From the IMG/VR virus record IMGVR_UViG_3300046534_001341, positions 1-64,000 of that record: a stretch of DNA of 64,000 nucleotides; one strand, written 5' to 3'. Of this stretch, positions 28,661-38,089 are shown one piece after another; position 1 is the stretch's first letter, and each line of letters begins with the position of its first letter. This stretch comes from a virus. The notes below the pieces were generated by a model. It did not search any database and was not told the origin of the DNA. It saw only the letters and a program-made list of their open reading frames with translations. Position numbers and translations under genes: made by a program.

Positions 28661-29260
28661 TTACCTTTTAGTTGTTTTGGTTTCTTGGAAGCCGCGCACC
28701 TTACGGTATATATCACCAGAGCGATACACATCCCCTATTATTGCTGCATCTTCACACCCGAACATAAGCATATTAATGTAGTTATCAGAGGTTATCCCAC
28801 CAATGGCAACAACCGGTTTATCTGTAGCAGCAGTAATACGTTTGAGGGATTCTACCCCTATGGGGCGGTTGGCGACAGTCTTTGTGGTTGTAGAAAAAAT
28901 TGGACCCACACCGTAATAGTCAGCCAAGTCATTCATTTGATCTGGTTTAGTTATGGTGAGTCCAATTTTTATGCAGGGTGAGAGGTATCGCCGTGCTACA
29001 TCAATAGGTAAATCCAGTTGCCCAATATGCAGGTAATCTGCCTCAACAGCGTTGGCAATATCCATACGATTATTGATACATAACTTATTACCATACTTAG
29101 AGGTGATCTCTTTGACCCTTAATGCTGTGTCAAGTATGTGGCCATCGAACCCCAGGGGGTATGAGAATTGGATCACATCAGCACCAGCTCTGGCCACCTC
29201 CTCGACTACCTGGAGAAGATTATCTACATGGCCATCAACGTAACTAGTAATGAAGTGCAT
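28661..29260 (-). CDS. thiE: Thiamine-phosphate synthase (ThiE/TenI family) homolog, active-site residues altered
   Basis: HIGQLDLP, ADYYGVGPIFSTTTK, PVVAIGGIT motifs; QFREK is replaced by QFSYP and NDR by NNR. Confidence 0.85.
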   Translation of the reverse strand: MHFITSYVDGHVDNLLQVVEEVARAGADVIQFSYPLGFDGHILDTALRVKEITSKYGNKLCINNRMDIANAVEADYLHIGQLDLPIDVARRYLSPCIKIGLTITKPDQMNDLADYYGVGPIFSTTTKTVANRPIGVESLKRITAATDKPVVAIGGITSDNYINMLMFGCEDAAIIGDVYRSGDIYRKVRGFQETKTTKR

Positions 29261-30528
29261 TAAAACAACCTATGTGAGAATTCCACAACACGCCCATAAG
29301 GCTTATCTGCCCAATAGAATACGTTTCCTACATACGGGAACCGACTGGCTGAGAGACTCTCACGGAGGGCTAACGGCATATCGGTAGTAGATTTCACCTT
29401 ATGGTTCGCTTGCACCACCACGCCTTCAGGAGAGGTCTTGTCACTACCAGTATCCTCATAGATAAATAGAACCTCTAGGGTGGTCATATCTATTTCAGCA
29501 GATCGGGCATCAGGGTAGATTTCGTATAAATCTGAGATGGTGCCTTCTTGATACTTGGCAGAGTATTTTTTGCTACCGAAAGTCCACGTCACACCGTAGG
29601 CCAGAATATCGACATCCCCTTCACGGTAAATACAGTAGTCATTCAGAAACACTGAACCATCATCGATAAGGTTATGGAACTGCCCACGGATGATCTTATT
29701 AACCCCAACAAATTTTTCCTGTATTACATTAAGGGAGAAACCAACCGGCACCTCGACATCACCATTAATATCCGCAATAGCATTTACAATCTCTTTGATT
29801 GGTCCACCTTGTGAATACGTGGCCACAAATTTGCTATACATGTGTAGGGTACGTGGGGTAGTCCAAGTACGGGATTTGTAATCAGCGTAAGTAGGGCACT
29901 CAAGTTCCCACGTATAGAAGTTTTTAATACCTGCAGTCAGGATGAAATAATCACAAATATCATCGATAACCACATCGCCATGGTTGTAGTGATCAAACAA
30001 GGCCACATCGTATGTACCCTCGTGTGTGTAAATATCACCCTGTATAATAGTGATATTGGTTAAGTCGAAGCCCTGGGCCATGAATACATCTATGACTCTC
30101 GGATCCGATTCAATAACCGTCACAGAATTCACGGAGGCTTTGTTGGCCACAAGCAGAGAAGTAATCCCCATACCCAAACCACCTATGACCACATCCCCAA
30201 CAGCATCGTAATACTGAGAGTAGAGTTGGTTCATGGACGAGTGGGAGTTCGTCATCCAAACCACATTCCCAAGCATCAACAAACTGGAGTCGCCTAAATT
30301 AATTATGGATACCCCGTCAGAGTCAACCGTCTTGAAAGTAATCTGGTTGGTCTCCCCCTCATTGCTCTTCAGCTCACCACCGGAAATATAGTAATCCGAC
30401 GTGTTCATGGAGGTACGTACAATAGGGTCGATGATGGCAGCCTGCTCAGAAGTGAGAGGGATACCATCAACAATATCTATTGAAATGAACTGCCCAGAGT
30501 TTGGGATGTACTCGGTTAAGTGGTTCAT
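29260..30528 (-). CDS. Class I SAM-dependent methyltransferase (spermidine-synthase-like) with unknown C-terminal domain
   Basis: DVVIGGLGMG motif I, VTVIE motif II, IIQGDI, YDVALFD. Confidence 0.7.
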   Translation of the reverse strand: MNHLTEYIPNSGQFISIDIVDGIPLTSEQAAIIDPIVRTSMNTSDYYISGGELKSNEGETNQITFKTVDSDGVSIINLGDSSLLMLGNVVWMTNSHSSMNQLYSQYYDAVGDVVIGGLGMGITSLLVANKASVNSVTVIESDPRVIDVFMAQGFDLTNITIIQGDIYTHEGTYDVALFDHYNHGDVVIDDICDYFILTAGIKNFYTWELECPTYADYKSRTWTTPRTLHMYSKFVATYSQGGPIKEIVNAIADINGDVEVPVGFSLNVIQEKFVGVNKIIRGQFHNLIDDGSVFLNDYCIYREGDVDILAYGVTWTFGSKKYSAKYQEGTISDLYEIYPDARSAEIDMTTLEVLFIYEDTGSDKTSPEGVVVQANHKVKSTTDMPLALRESLSASRFPYVGNVFYWADKPYGRVVEFSHRLF

Positions 30529-31679
30529 ACTAGGGGGTACATCCTTAGGGTAGCGGTGTAATTCATTGCGGGGCCGTTATTTATGCTGTGGTTAGATAGG
30601 AATAACATACCCTGCACCATTCGTAGAATAAAGGCGTTCATCTGTTGTGGGTAGTAAACACCGTTATATACTGTACCAGATGAGGATTGACGCAGAGCAC
30701 CAACAATACCGTTATACTGGACTTTGAATGTGATGAGGACATTCTCATCTATTATTACAGCTATCATCTTACCGAAGTGTTGGATGAGGGGACCTAGATT
30801 CACTAGGTTGTGTATACCAGAAGCTGTTACGGCATTAGCATTAAGAACTGCCACATATGGAGAATCTAGGCTCAACTCAGGTGGTGGAGCGTTTGTGTCG
30901 AATATTGTGTTATTACCTTGACGGACTAGTGTACGACCGTTGGTGACATTTAAACGCATACCAGAACCATTTACGGTAGGGTTCACCATATATAGGGGAG
31001 TCTCGACACCCCCCGCCTCTACGGCTGAGTTCAGGTACAAAGGTATTGCACTAGGTAAAGCAGCAGACTGCAAGAATTTAATACCCCCCATATTAACCCC
31101 CTCCACTGAAAACTCAGAAGAGTTGATCACAGTCCCTGAAGACCCGTCGAAAGGGAAGGGGTCGATGGTACCATTGAGTCTAAAGTTATATATTATTATA
31201 TAAGCCGGTAGCTCATCAGAGTGCCCCCCCAACATTAAAGCAACCCCATTTGTGTGGTCCCCATAAGTGAAGACTGTCGTGCCTTGTGGGCCAGGTCCTT
31301 GAGATACGATGTAACCATAACTAGGTATCGAGTATACTGCACCTGGTTGTGCCGCCGTACCTGTGGTCAACCTAGCAGTGATGATTTTGTAGGTAGCACT
31401 CACAAGGGAGAAGGCGTAGCCCGCACGTATTTTCGCAAGTTGTGCAGGTGTCATATTCGACAACGAGGTGCGAGTGTAGTTAACCCCTACATTAGTCCTC
31501 CCAGATAAAGTGCTATACGAAGTGTGTATTCCTGGGGCAGTAGCAATATCATATTGTAAGTAAGTCAAGTCAGTGTGGAATATTGAATCCGCAACAGGAG
31601 CCCCCCGCATTGCTGCGAGAGTATGTACATTACGGGTGATATGACATTTGGTAGAGCCCTTACCAATAAATAAACTCAT
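30525..31679 (-). CDS. Tail fibre-associated / receptor-binding protein
   Basis: Coupled to the tail fibre gene; Gly/Thr/aromatic-rich, beta-strand-like composition. Confidence 0.55.
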   Translation of the reverse strand: MSLFIGKGSTKCHITRNVHTLAAMRGAPVADSIFHTDLTYLQYDIATAPGIHTSYSTLSGRTNVGVNYTRTSLSNMTPAQLAKIRAGYAFSLVSATYKIITARLTTGTAAQPGAVYSIPSYGYIVSQGPGPQGTTVFTYGDHTNGVALMLGGHSDELPAYIIIYNFRLNGTIDPFPFDGSSGTVINSSEFSVEGVNMGGIKFLQSAALPSAIPLYLNSAVEAGGVETPLYMVNPTVNGSGMRLNVTNGRTLVRQGNNTIFDTNAPPPELSLDSPYVAVLNANAVTASGIHNLVNLGPLIQHFGKMIAVIIDENVLITFKVQYNGIVGALRQSSSGTVYNGVYYPQQMNAFILRMVQGMLFLSNHSINNGPAMNYTATLRMYPLV

Positions 31680-33853
31680 TTAATATGAATCTCCGAAGTG
31701 TCTAAATTAATCATCATGGTGTAGTTGGCTGCTGAACCGCCGGAGTTATATATCACACCTGTGTCGATCTTGTTAGCACTTAAGGTACCAGTAATCGCAG
31801 AACCTTCTACAGTCAATCCTTGGGTGTTTATGTGTTGGGCTAGTACAGAACCATCCACAAGCAAATTACCATCGATAACCTCTTGAAGAAGTACCCAGCC
31901 AGAGACGTAATCCCAATACCTAGATTCTGTGTACTTAGGTATGGCGGCTGGGTTATGTAAAGTAACTACATCGAAAGGGATTTTACCTATCCCAGCAGAA
32001 GTAATAGCTGCCTCGGCTTCAGTGTTAGACCAAGCACTTCCAGAGATGGTTCGGTAGAACCTAGACGAACCCCTCTCACCATCTTCACCTGCAGTCCCTT
32101 CACCACTAACTGTAATGGTTAAATTATCTACACTATCTCCGTCACCAGAAAGGAATGCCCCAAGGGATTGGGCAACAGTAACTTCAACAATAGAGGTGTA
32201 GAATATAGTGCCATTCTTGCGGTAGTACACGACACCTCCTACATTAGATATAGACAACACATCTGTGTTATTAACAGCACCGAAACTACCCCTGTCAGAG
32301 CCTCCCTCAATAACCGATATTACGTTAGTTGAGCCATTACGTATGATTCCATAGGATAGGTCGCCAATCGCTCCTAAGGCGGCCCCAACACCAGTATCTG
32401 GACGAATACCCACCAGCATATTAGCTGAAGCGTTAGTGGTGAATGAGAATAACCAACTACCTGTGAAATATTCGACGCTGATGGCTTTAGCCGCGTACAG
32501 GCCATCCACCGTGGACAGGATGGAATTAGGGGTAACACCTGAATTGACTATAGCTAGTAGGGTGAAATTACCGGCACCGGCTATACCATCCTTACCACTG
32601 AATTCCGCAGGTATAGACCACCCGTTTTGGCTCCATGAATTATCAGAGGGATTGTGTTGATATATGGATTTAGATACCCACGTAATCTCATCAGGTGCAG
32701 AGGCACTTGGATCATCATCCCAACCGGTCGGAGTAGTCTCTTGTTGGAGGGTACCATTGAATGCGCCCCCAGTTGGTGTAGGAGGGATACTCACTTGGTT
32801 AATAAAGATGTAAGAAGTGAATCGACCATTAGCAGCATCCAGGTAGTCGACACCTTTTTGTGGTGTGTACCCGTCTTCCCCGGAGAATTTTACCGGGAAA
32901 TCCCAATCAGTACCTACCCAGTTCTCCCCAATTTTTTCGTACTTGCGGGTGGAGAACCAAATAAATACACCAGTCGTCGGCGATGCTGGGTCATCTGACC
33001 AACCTGTCGGGAGTAGTTCACTTTGCGGCGTACCATCGAATGAGCCTCCTACAGGTAGAATTGGTTGTAGTGCGGATAATTTATAGATGAATGAGATGAA
33101 TACACCATTATCACCATCGAAAAAGTCGACGCCTTTAAGTGGGGTAATACCATCTTCACCTGAGAACTTGGCTGGAGAACTCCAACCGTTCAACTTATTC
33201 CAAGATGAGGTACCATTATCTACATAACGAGTACTGCACACCCAAGTGTATTCACCCTGAGCAGGGGAGCTGGGGTTATCGGTCCAACTAGTGGGAACGG
33301 TTTCTGACTCCCCATCGAATGAGCCATTGATTGGGTCACTAGGTTGGAGGGTGGAGTTTTGGAATATGTACGATGTGAATGCGCCACCATCACCATCAAA
33401 AAAATCAACACCCTTAGTTGGTGTGACGCCATCAGTACCGGTCAGCCTAGAAGGTATAGACCAACCGTTGTTGTTCCAAGTACCTTGGTCATCCTCAGCA
33501 ATGTATGTGGTCGCACTTATCCAAGTGTATTCATCTACATTAGGTGAACTAGGGTCATTGGTCCAGTTAGTAGGTGGGACGCTAGTTACCCCATCAAAGC
33601 TACCCCCACCGGCCACATCTGGTGCCACGAGGGCATTACGGAAAGCAAAGATAATCGTGTTACCTTTACGCCCATCGAAGTAATGCAGCCCCTTCTGTGG
33701 AGTATCCCCATCGTCTCCTTTGACACCTTGGTTTAATTGTAGGTGCTCGGCCACCAATAGAATCTTATCTAGGTTCTCCGCGACCTGACGAACCTTGTCG
33801 TATTTAGAATTGAGGTACTGGTCCACAACCCCATTCAAATTATTGTTGGACAT
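31676..33853 (-). CDS. Tail fibre protein with four ~90-aa tandem repeats
   Basis: N-terminal VDQYLNSKYDKVRQVAENL tail-attachment-like motif; GxDGxTPxKG repeats; C-terminal IDGNLLVDGS. Confidence 0.8.
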   Translation of the reverse strand: MSNNNLNGVVDQYLNSKYDKVRQVAENLDKILLVAEHLQLNQGVKGDDGDTPQKGLHYFDGRKGNTIIFAFRNALVAPDVAGGGSFDGVTSVPPTNWTNDPSSPNVDEYTWISATTYIAEDDQGTWNNNGWSIPSRLTGTDGVTPTKGVDFFDGDGGAFTSYIFQNSTLQPSDPINGSFDGESETVPTSWTDNPSSPAQGEYTWVCSTRYVDNGTSSWNKLNGWSSPAKFSGEDGITPLKGVDFFDGDNGVFISFIYKLSALQPILPVGGSFDGTPQSELLPTGWSDDPASPTTGVFIWFSTRKYEKIGENWVGTDWDFPVKFSGEDGYTPQKGVDYLDAANGRFTSYIFINQVSIPPTPTGGAFNGTLQQETTPTGWDDDPSASAPDEITWVSKSIYQHNPSDNSWSQNGWSIPAEFSGKDGIAGAGNFTLLAIVNSGVTPNSILSTVDGLYAAKAISVEYFTGSWLFSFTTNASANMLVGIRPDTGVGAALGAIGDLSYGIIRNGSTNVISVIEGGSDRGSFGAVNNTDVLSISNVGGVVYYRKNGTIFYTSIVEVTVAQSLGAFLSGDGDSVDNLTITVSGEGTAGEDGERGSSRFYRTISGSAWSNTEAEAAITSAGIGKIPFDVVTLHNPAAIPKYTESRYWDYVSGWVLLQEVIDGNLLVDGSVLAQHINTQGLTVEGSAITGTLSANKIDTGVIYNSGGSAANYTMMINLDTSEIHIK
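32590..33730 (-). repeat. Four tandem protein-level repeats in the tail fibre
   Basis: GDDGDTPQKGLHYFDG, GTDGVTPTKGVDFFDG, GEDGITPLKGVDFFDG, GEDGYTPQKGVDYLDA, each followed by GSFDG-like...PT.W..DP...W. Boundaries approximate. Confidence 0.85.
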
Positions 33854-34578
33854 TAAACAAACCCTCTACTTGAGAACTTAGTTTCAGGGGCCTCCTCCTT
33901 CTGGACGATGCCTTTATTCTCAATCTCCATACATGCGCGCTCGTACTTAGCTTCATACATAGCACCATTATTTGTACCCTCAAGGCTTGGGACAGAGGCA
34001 TGTACTCGGGCAGCCACAAACAATAACAAGCATTGCATGTACGTGTACGGTAGAACCACTTCATTGGTGGAAGCATCAAGATTATCATTGACAATTTTTG
34101 GGTGGTTCTTTCTGTAATGTACAACCATAGCTTTATCATCGCTTGGGAAAGGTACAGTCAGAGTATTGAACTGAGGGAGCCATAATGAGTAAGGGTCGCC
34201 GGATTTATTTAGAGTAAGTGGTTCACCCAACTCATCAACAACACGTTCTATTTTTAGGATGCCACCGACAAAGGGGTCAGCCAATGAGTCAACTATGTAA
34301 TGGTTGGCGTCTACTTGGTATGCACCCTCATAATTAGCCGCAGTACCATTGGCGGGTATGAGTGTGTAATCAGATACCGACTCAAACTGCTGGACAAATA
34401 ATTTACCAGACATAAGTGGGAATCGTGAGTGCAACGCAGTGAGGGCCATATTGATGTGAGGTATTACAGTATCATAGCTACCGTAATCCATAGCACCGCT
34501 TTCGTGCTCATCATATTCATTGGCTAGGGTAGATAACTCCCCTCGTGCAAGCTGGTCTAAGATCTCAGAAAGAAGCAT
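33853..34578 (-). CDS. Head-tail adaptor (N4 gp67-like)
   Basis: L..GELS, LTALHSRF, C-terminal KFSSRGFV; downstream of terminase. Confidence 0.8.
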   Translation of the reverse strand: MLLSEILDQLARGELSTLANEYDEHESGAMDYGSYDTVIPHINMALTALHSRFPLMSGKLFVQQFESVSDYTLIPANGTAANYEGAYQVDANHYIVDSLADPFVGGILKIERVVDELGEPLTLNKSGDPYSLWLPQFNTLTVPFPSDDKAMVVHYRKNHPKIVNDNLDASTNEVVLPYTYMQCLLLFVAARVHASVPSLEGTNNGAMYEAKYERACMEIENKGIVQKEEAPETKFSSRGFV

Positions 34579-34609
34579 ATCATTTACCTAGTTAGAAAAT
34601 TTTAACCAA

Positions 34610-36205
34610 TCATATTATATATGATGATAAATTGCTGGGTGTATAGTCATCTTCAACCTCATAAATGTCAGTATCACCACCAATTAATCGAGCCAAGGCT
34701 ACTTCTTGGGATGGTTTCCAGGGTGTAAGGGAGGACAGCATCGCAATAGTATCAAGGAAGTCATCATTCTTAGATTTGAACCCACCAACAGATATGAGCG
34801 ATAGTTCATTTATACACTCCATCATTTCAGGGGAGGTTTTGCGTTCCTCAGGGAAGTACATCTTGTTGGCCTTAAACATCGGTAAGATGATATTGAAACG
34901 AGTCATCTTATCCGTGTTAGGGCGAATCCCCGGCTTACCTTTGTTGTCCTCAGAGGCAAGGGTGAACATAATATTACGATCCAGCATCTCACGTTGAATC
35001 CACGGTATAAAACCACCCTGTTGACCAGAGACTTCTATACCTACTTGTTGTGGTGTGTACATCTGAGCTAACCGGAACAGGTCATCCACATTCTTATCCA
35101 TGAGTTGCTTCTTGCATATACCATCAACCCAGTACCAATTACCATGGTAATCATAAGCCCATACTGATATGACACTGAAATCGGCGGCACTACTTTCACT
35201 GGTCGCGAAATCGGTAGTAATATAGAAGTTAAAACGATTCCGGTTATCGAGGATACTGGCCCGTCGATACCATGAGATGTCGGAGTCCTGAACCATTCTA
35301 TCTTCTTCGGACATGATACGTAGCATCAATTCTTGGTTGAATGTATCGACCCGACCTGACTTCACGGCCTTGGTATACTGGTTCAATACGTAGTCGTAAT
35401 CGAATCGATCTTCCCATGAGCCTTTGAACTCCTCACGAGAGCAGGGAAAAGTTTCACATACAGGATACACACTAACTGCCCACACACCAGATTCGACTGC
35501 TTTGTATAAGGGGTCACGAGCGTTAAAGGGGGTACCTGACCAAATGATCTTACGCTTCTTAGGGTGAAGTGCGTAATCTATGGCCTTGTATATAGTGTCC
35601 TCTACGTCGGCTATAACCGTAGCTGATCTTGCATCCGAGTCACTAATCAAATCATCGAGTAATGCCAGTACAGGACGGCTACCATTCTCCCTGGTTCCAC
35701 GCACACCTGTCTTGGCGCCATAGCCTGAGACCACAAACGAGTTACCCTGGCTGTTGATAAACTCCCAACGTATGTCGGTGAACTTAATCTCAGGTATGTA
35801 GGTCTGTAGAAATTCAGAGTTGTTCCAACGATACTCAAGGGACTTACGCATCTTCTTGATGCCGTTGTCTATACTATCCGAGACATAAAGGGCATAAGGC
35901 ACCTTACCGAAAGTAGGTATCATACCGAATACACCGATATACAGGATCAAATATTCTTTGAGGGTAGACTTAGCAATACCACGATGGCACATGTTCAAGG
36001 TGTCTTTATCACCTCGGGCAATAAAGTTATCAATCATTTTGTAGTGGACCACAGGTGTCTTGTTCTCAGACTCACCACCATCAACTAGCTTAATGAAGTT
36101 GACGAATTCTAAGGCAAATTCACTAGGCACATAGTGGGCATCTGTAACGTAGGATACTTCGTTCAGCCAATCTTCGACTGATTTTTCAGGAATGTCATTA
36201 GCCAT
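34610..36205 (-). CDS. terL: Terminase large subunit (N4 gp68-like)
   Basis: CHRGIAKST Walker A, LLDD Walker B, GTPF, TTDFA and DDFLDT nuclease residues. Confidence 0.95.
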   Translation of the reverse strand: MANDIPEKSVEDWLNEVSYVTDAHYVPSEFALEFVNFIKLVDGGESENKTPVVHYKMIDNFIARGDKDTLNMCHRGIAKSTLKEYLILYIGVFGMIPTFGKVPYALYVSDSIDNGIKKMRKSLEYRWNNSEFLQTYIPEIKFTDIRWEFINSQGNSFVVSGYGAKTGVRGTRENGSRPVLALLDDLISDSDARSATVIADVEDTIYKAIDYALHPKKRKIIWSGTPFNARDPLYKAVESGVWAVSVYPVCETFPCSREEFKGSWEDRFDYDYVLNQYTKAVKSGRVDTFNQELMLRIMSEEDRMVQDSDISWYRRASILDNRNRFNFYITTDFATSESSAADFSVISVWAYDYHGNWYWVDGICKKQLMDKNVDDLFRLAQMYTPQQVGIEVSGQQGGFIPWIQREMLDRNIMFTLASEDNKGKPGIRPNTDKMTRFNIILPMFKANKMYFPEERKTSPEMMECINELSLISVGGFKSKNDDFLDTIAMLSSLTPWKPSQEVALARLIGGDTDIYEVEDDYTPSNLSSYII

Positions 36206-36276
36206 GGGAGGCCCTTAAATAAAAAGTAATCCTACGACAGTAACACATTACCGGTCGTGATTCATTTTACTATGGT

Positions 36277-36708
36277 CTAGTTTGGGTGGGGTGTATCTTT
36301 CTGGGTAGACGTAACTGATACCATGTTATTCCTAATCTGCATTATTGTCCTCAATTCTATGACTGAGTTATTGAGGCTAGCCACAGATTTTACGAGGCTG
36401 GTTTGAATAGTGGCGATTGATTTCAGACCCACGTAACCAACTATTGATTCTTCACGTAATTTGTTGTGGGCAATTGCGGCTAGACGGGTGTCTTTGGTAT
36501 TCTGGAGTACGTTTTTATTGGTGTGGGCAATTTCTATTACCAAGGTACTTACTGCGGCGTACAAGTCTTTGGTTTCACGACTTTGATTTTCTACATTTTT
36601 CAGACGGTTATCCATCACTTGGGTGGATACGTACCATGATGCTACCCCAATGATTGTTGTAACTATTAGTGCGGTCACTATCTTTGGTGTGTCGATTAAA
36701 TTAGTCAT
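36277..36708 (-). CDS. Hypothetical membrane-anchored coiled-coil protein
   Basis: N-terminal TM helix, helical body. Confidence 0.6.
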   Translation of the reverse strand: MTNLIDTPKIVTALIVTTIIGVASWYVSTQVMDNRLKNVENQSRETKDLYAAVSTLVIEIAHTNKNVLQNTKDTRLAAIAHNKLREESIVGYVGLKSIATIQTSLVKSVASLNNSVIELRTIMQIRNNMVSVTSTQKDTPHPN

Positions 36709-36823
36709 GGTACTGCCTTAATGAGTAGACTGCCTTAACAAGCCCTATGGGCGAGACAAACCAACCTTGTTAAATGGATGGTTGCAGTATACTTATTATA
36801 GGTCGGCAAGGTCAATTAATAAC

Positions 36824-37522
36824 CTAGGGTATTTGGTTGATTTCCTTCGGTTGATCTATGATCACGGAATGAGCCACATCTTTGGCATTGGATCGGCCAG
36901 CAATTATGTCCTGCTTCTGTTGAGCCACTAACAAATTAACAGCACCACGAAGATCCTGAATCGTCTTATCTTCTTTGATGCCAATATCGAGCTCAATCTT
37001 CTTGGTCTCAGGCATCTTCAGGTGGGTAAGTATGCTGTTGGCTGCATCACTACGGACTTTCTCGCTGGTGGCTGTTTTGGCCAAAGACAGTTGTATGTTG
37101 AGAGCACTCTGGTACATATCTGCATTCAGGATGTGGCTGGGTACTATGGTCTGCTCCAAAACCAAGTTCACAAGCTTATTTTTGTTATACGAAGACACGT
37201 ATGAGGCAATATCCTTCTCACTAGTGTTGTTGTTCACATAATTTTGGAAGCGGACGGGGAATGCCCTAGTGAAAGCCACTATATTACTATCACCCATTAC
37301 TTTGAAGCCAACATACCTCACCGCATCAAGATATTGACCTACCTTGAACTTGCCGTCAGCTAAAACAGAGGTGTAACTCAAAAGATTGTCTCGGTATATC
37401 TCACGCAAGTCAGGGTCTTTGAAGGTGGTGTTAATATGATCAACCATAGCTATAGTTACATTTTTTTGAAACTGTTTAGGCATGACTCGGTGTAACTGGT
37501 CTATGGAAATATCTGAACTCAC
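36824..37522 (-). CDS. N4 gp69-like protein (putative small terminase)
   Basis: YRDNLLSYTSVL, YNKNKLVN, SEKVRSDAANSILTHLK motifs. Confidence 0.85.
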   Translation of the reverse strand: MSSDISIDQLHRVMPKQFQKNVTIAMVDHINTTFKDPDLREIYRDNLLSYTSVLADGKFKVGQYLDAVRYVGFKVMGDSNIVAFTRAFPVRFQNYVNNNTSEKDIASYVSSYNKNKLVNLVLEQTIVPSHILNADMYQSALNIQLSLAKTATSEKVRSDAANSILTHLKMPETKKIELDIGIKEDKTIQDLRGAVNLLVAQQKQDIIAGRSNAKDVAHSVIIDQPKEINQIP

Positions 37523-37666
37523 AGGGAGATCCTTATAATGGGTTTATAGGGGAGTATATCGGGTGGGTATAGTAGAGGTCAAATAGTTGGTGCGCTATGC
37601 ACCTATCGTCACTACGTTCCTCTGGTACCCGCACCCTGCACTTAGCAGGGATTAGGGGATTAAGGG

Positions 37667-37849
37667 TTAATTTTCCCTTTGTACCAGTGGAACAGGTTCG
37701 TTGGTAAATTTATGAAGATTCTCTTGCTCAAGTTTATCAACCAAAGCAAGAAAACACACAAAAAGTACAAGAAAACACAGAGCAATACCGGAAGAAGTTG
37801 CTTTAGGCTCATCTTGATCTTCATACGGGTCCTTCTTATTTTTGTTCAT
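37667..37849 (-). CDS. Small single-TM protein
   Basis: GAGGT RBS, one hydrophobic helix. Confidence 0.55.
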   Translation of the reverse strand: MNKNKKDPYEDQDEPKATSSGIALCFLVLFVCFLALVDKLEQENLHKFTNEPVPLVQREN

Positions 37850-37919
37850 GCGATTACTACCTCATTTCTAGGGTGTGCTTAGTTATAAAGTACCGTTAAG
37901 TATATAGCAATAAGTTTGG

Positions 37920-37948
37920 TTGACGAAGTTATGGGGTTACTGGATACT
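37920..37948 (+). promoter_or_regulatory. Sigma70-type promoter
   Basis: TTGACG-N17-GATACT. Confidence 0.6.
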
Positions 37949-37954
37949 ATGCCT

Positions 37955-38063
37955 GTTAGCTCTTGGCGGGACCGACATACCAGACCACTTAAATGTTAGC
38001 TTCCTCGTATTGCCCGCCAAGGTATTACGAATATGGGGGAGTTAACATTTAAGTGGTTTTTTT
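37955..38063 (+). ncRNA. Candidate structured leader RNA / attenuator
   Basis: 28-bp stem 37984-38011/38030-38057 with four G:U pairs and no mismatches, then a T-run; 5' CTTGGCGGG (37962-37970) is complementary to loop CCCGCCAAG (38013-38021). Confidence 0.6.
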
Positions 38064-38089
38064 ATATCTTAAACAAAGAGGAACGACCC

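Noticed and set aside
2409-37241. Many 60-150 aa plus-strand ORFs antisense to structural genes
   Set aside because: Shadow frames of long genes with no recognisable motifs; only 22386-23389 is accepted on this strand.
37589-37649. Two short hairpins (GGTGC-N5-GCACC, CCTGC-N5-GCAGG) upstream of the gp69-like gene
   Set aside because: 5-bp stems with no shared loop or U tract; cannot be distinguished from chance.
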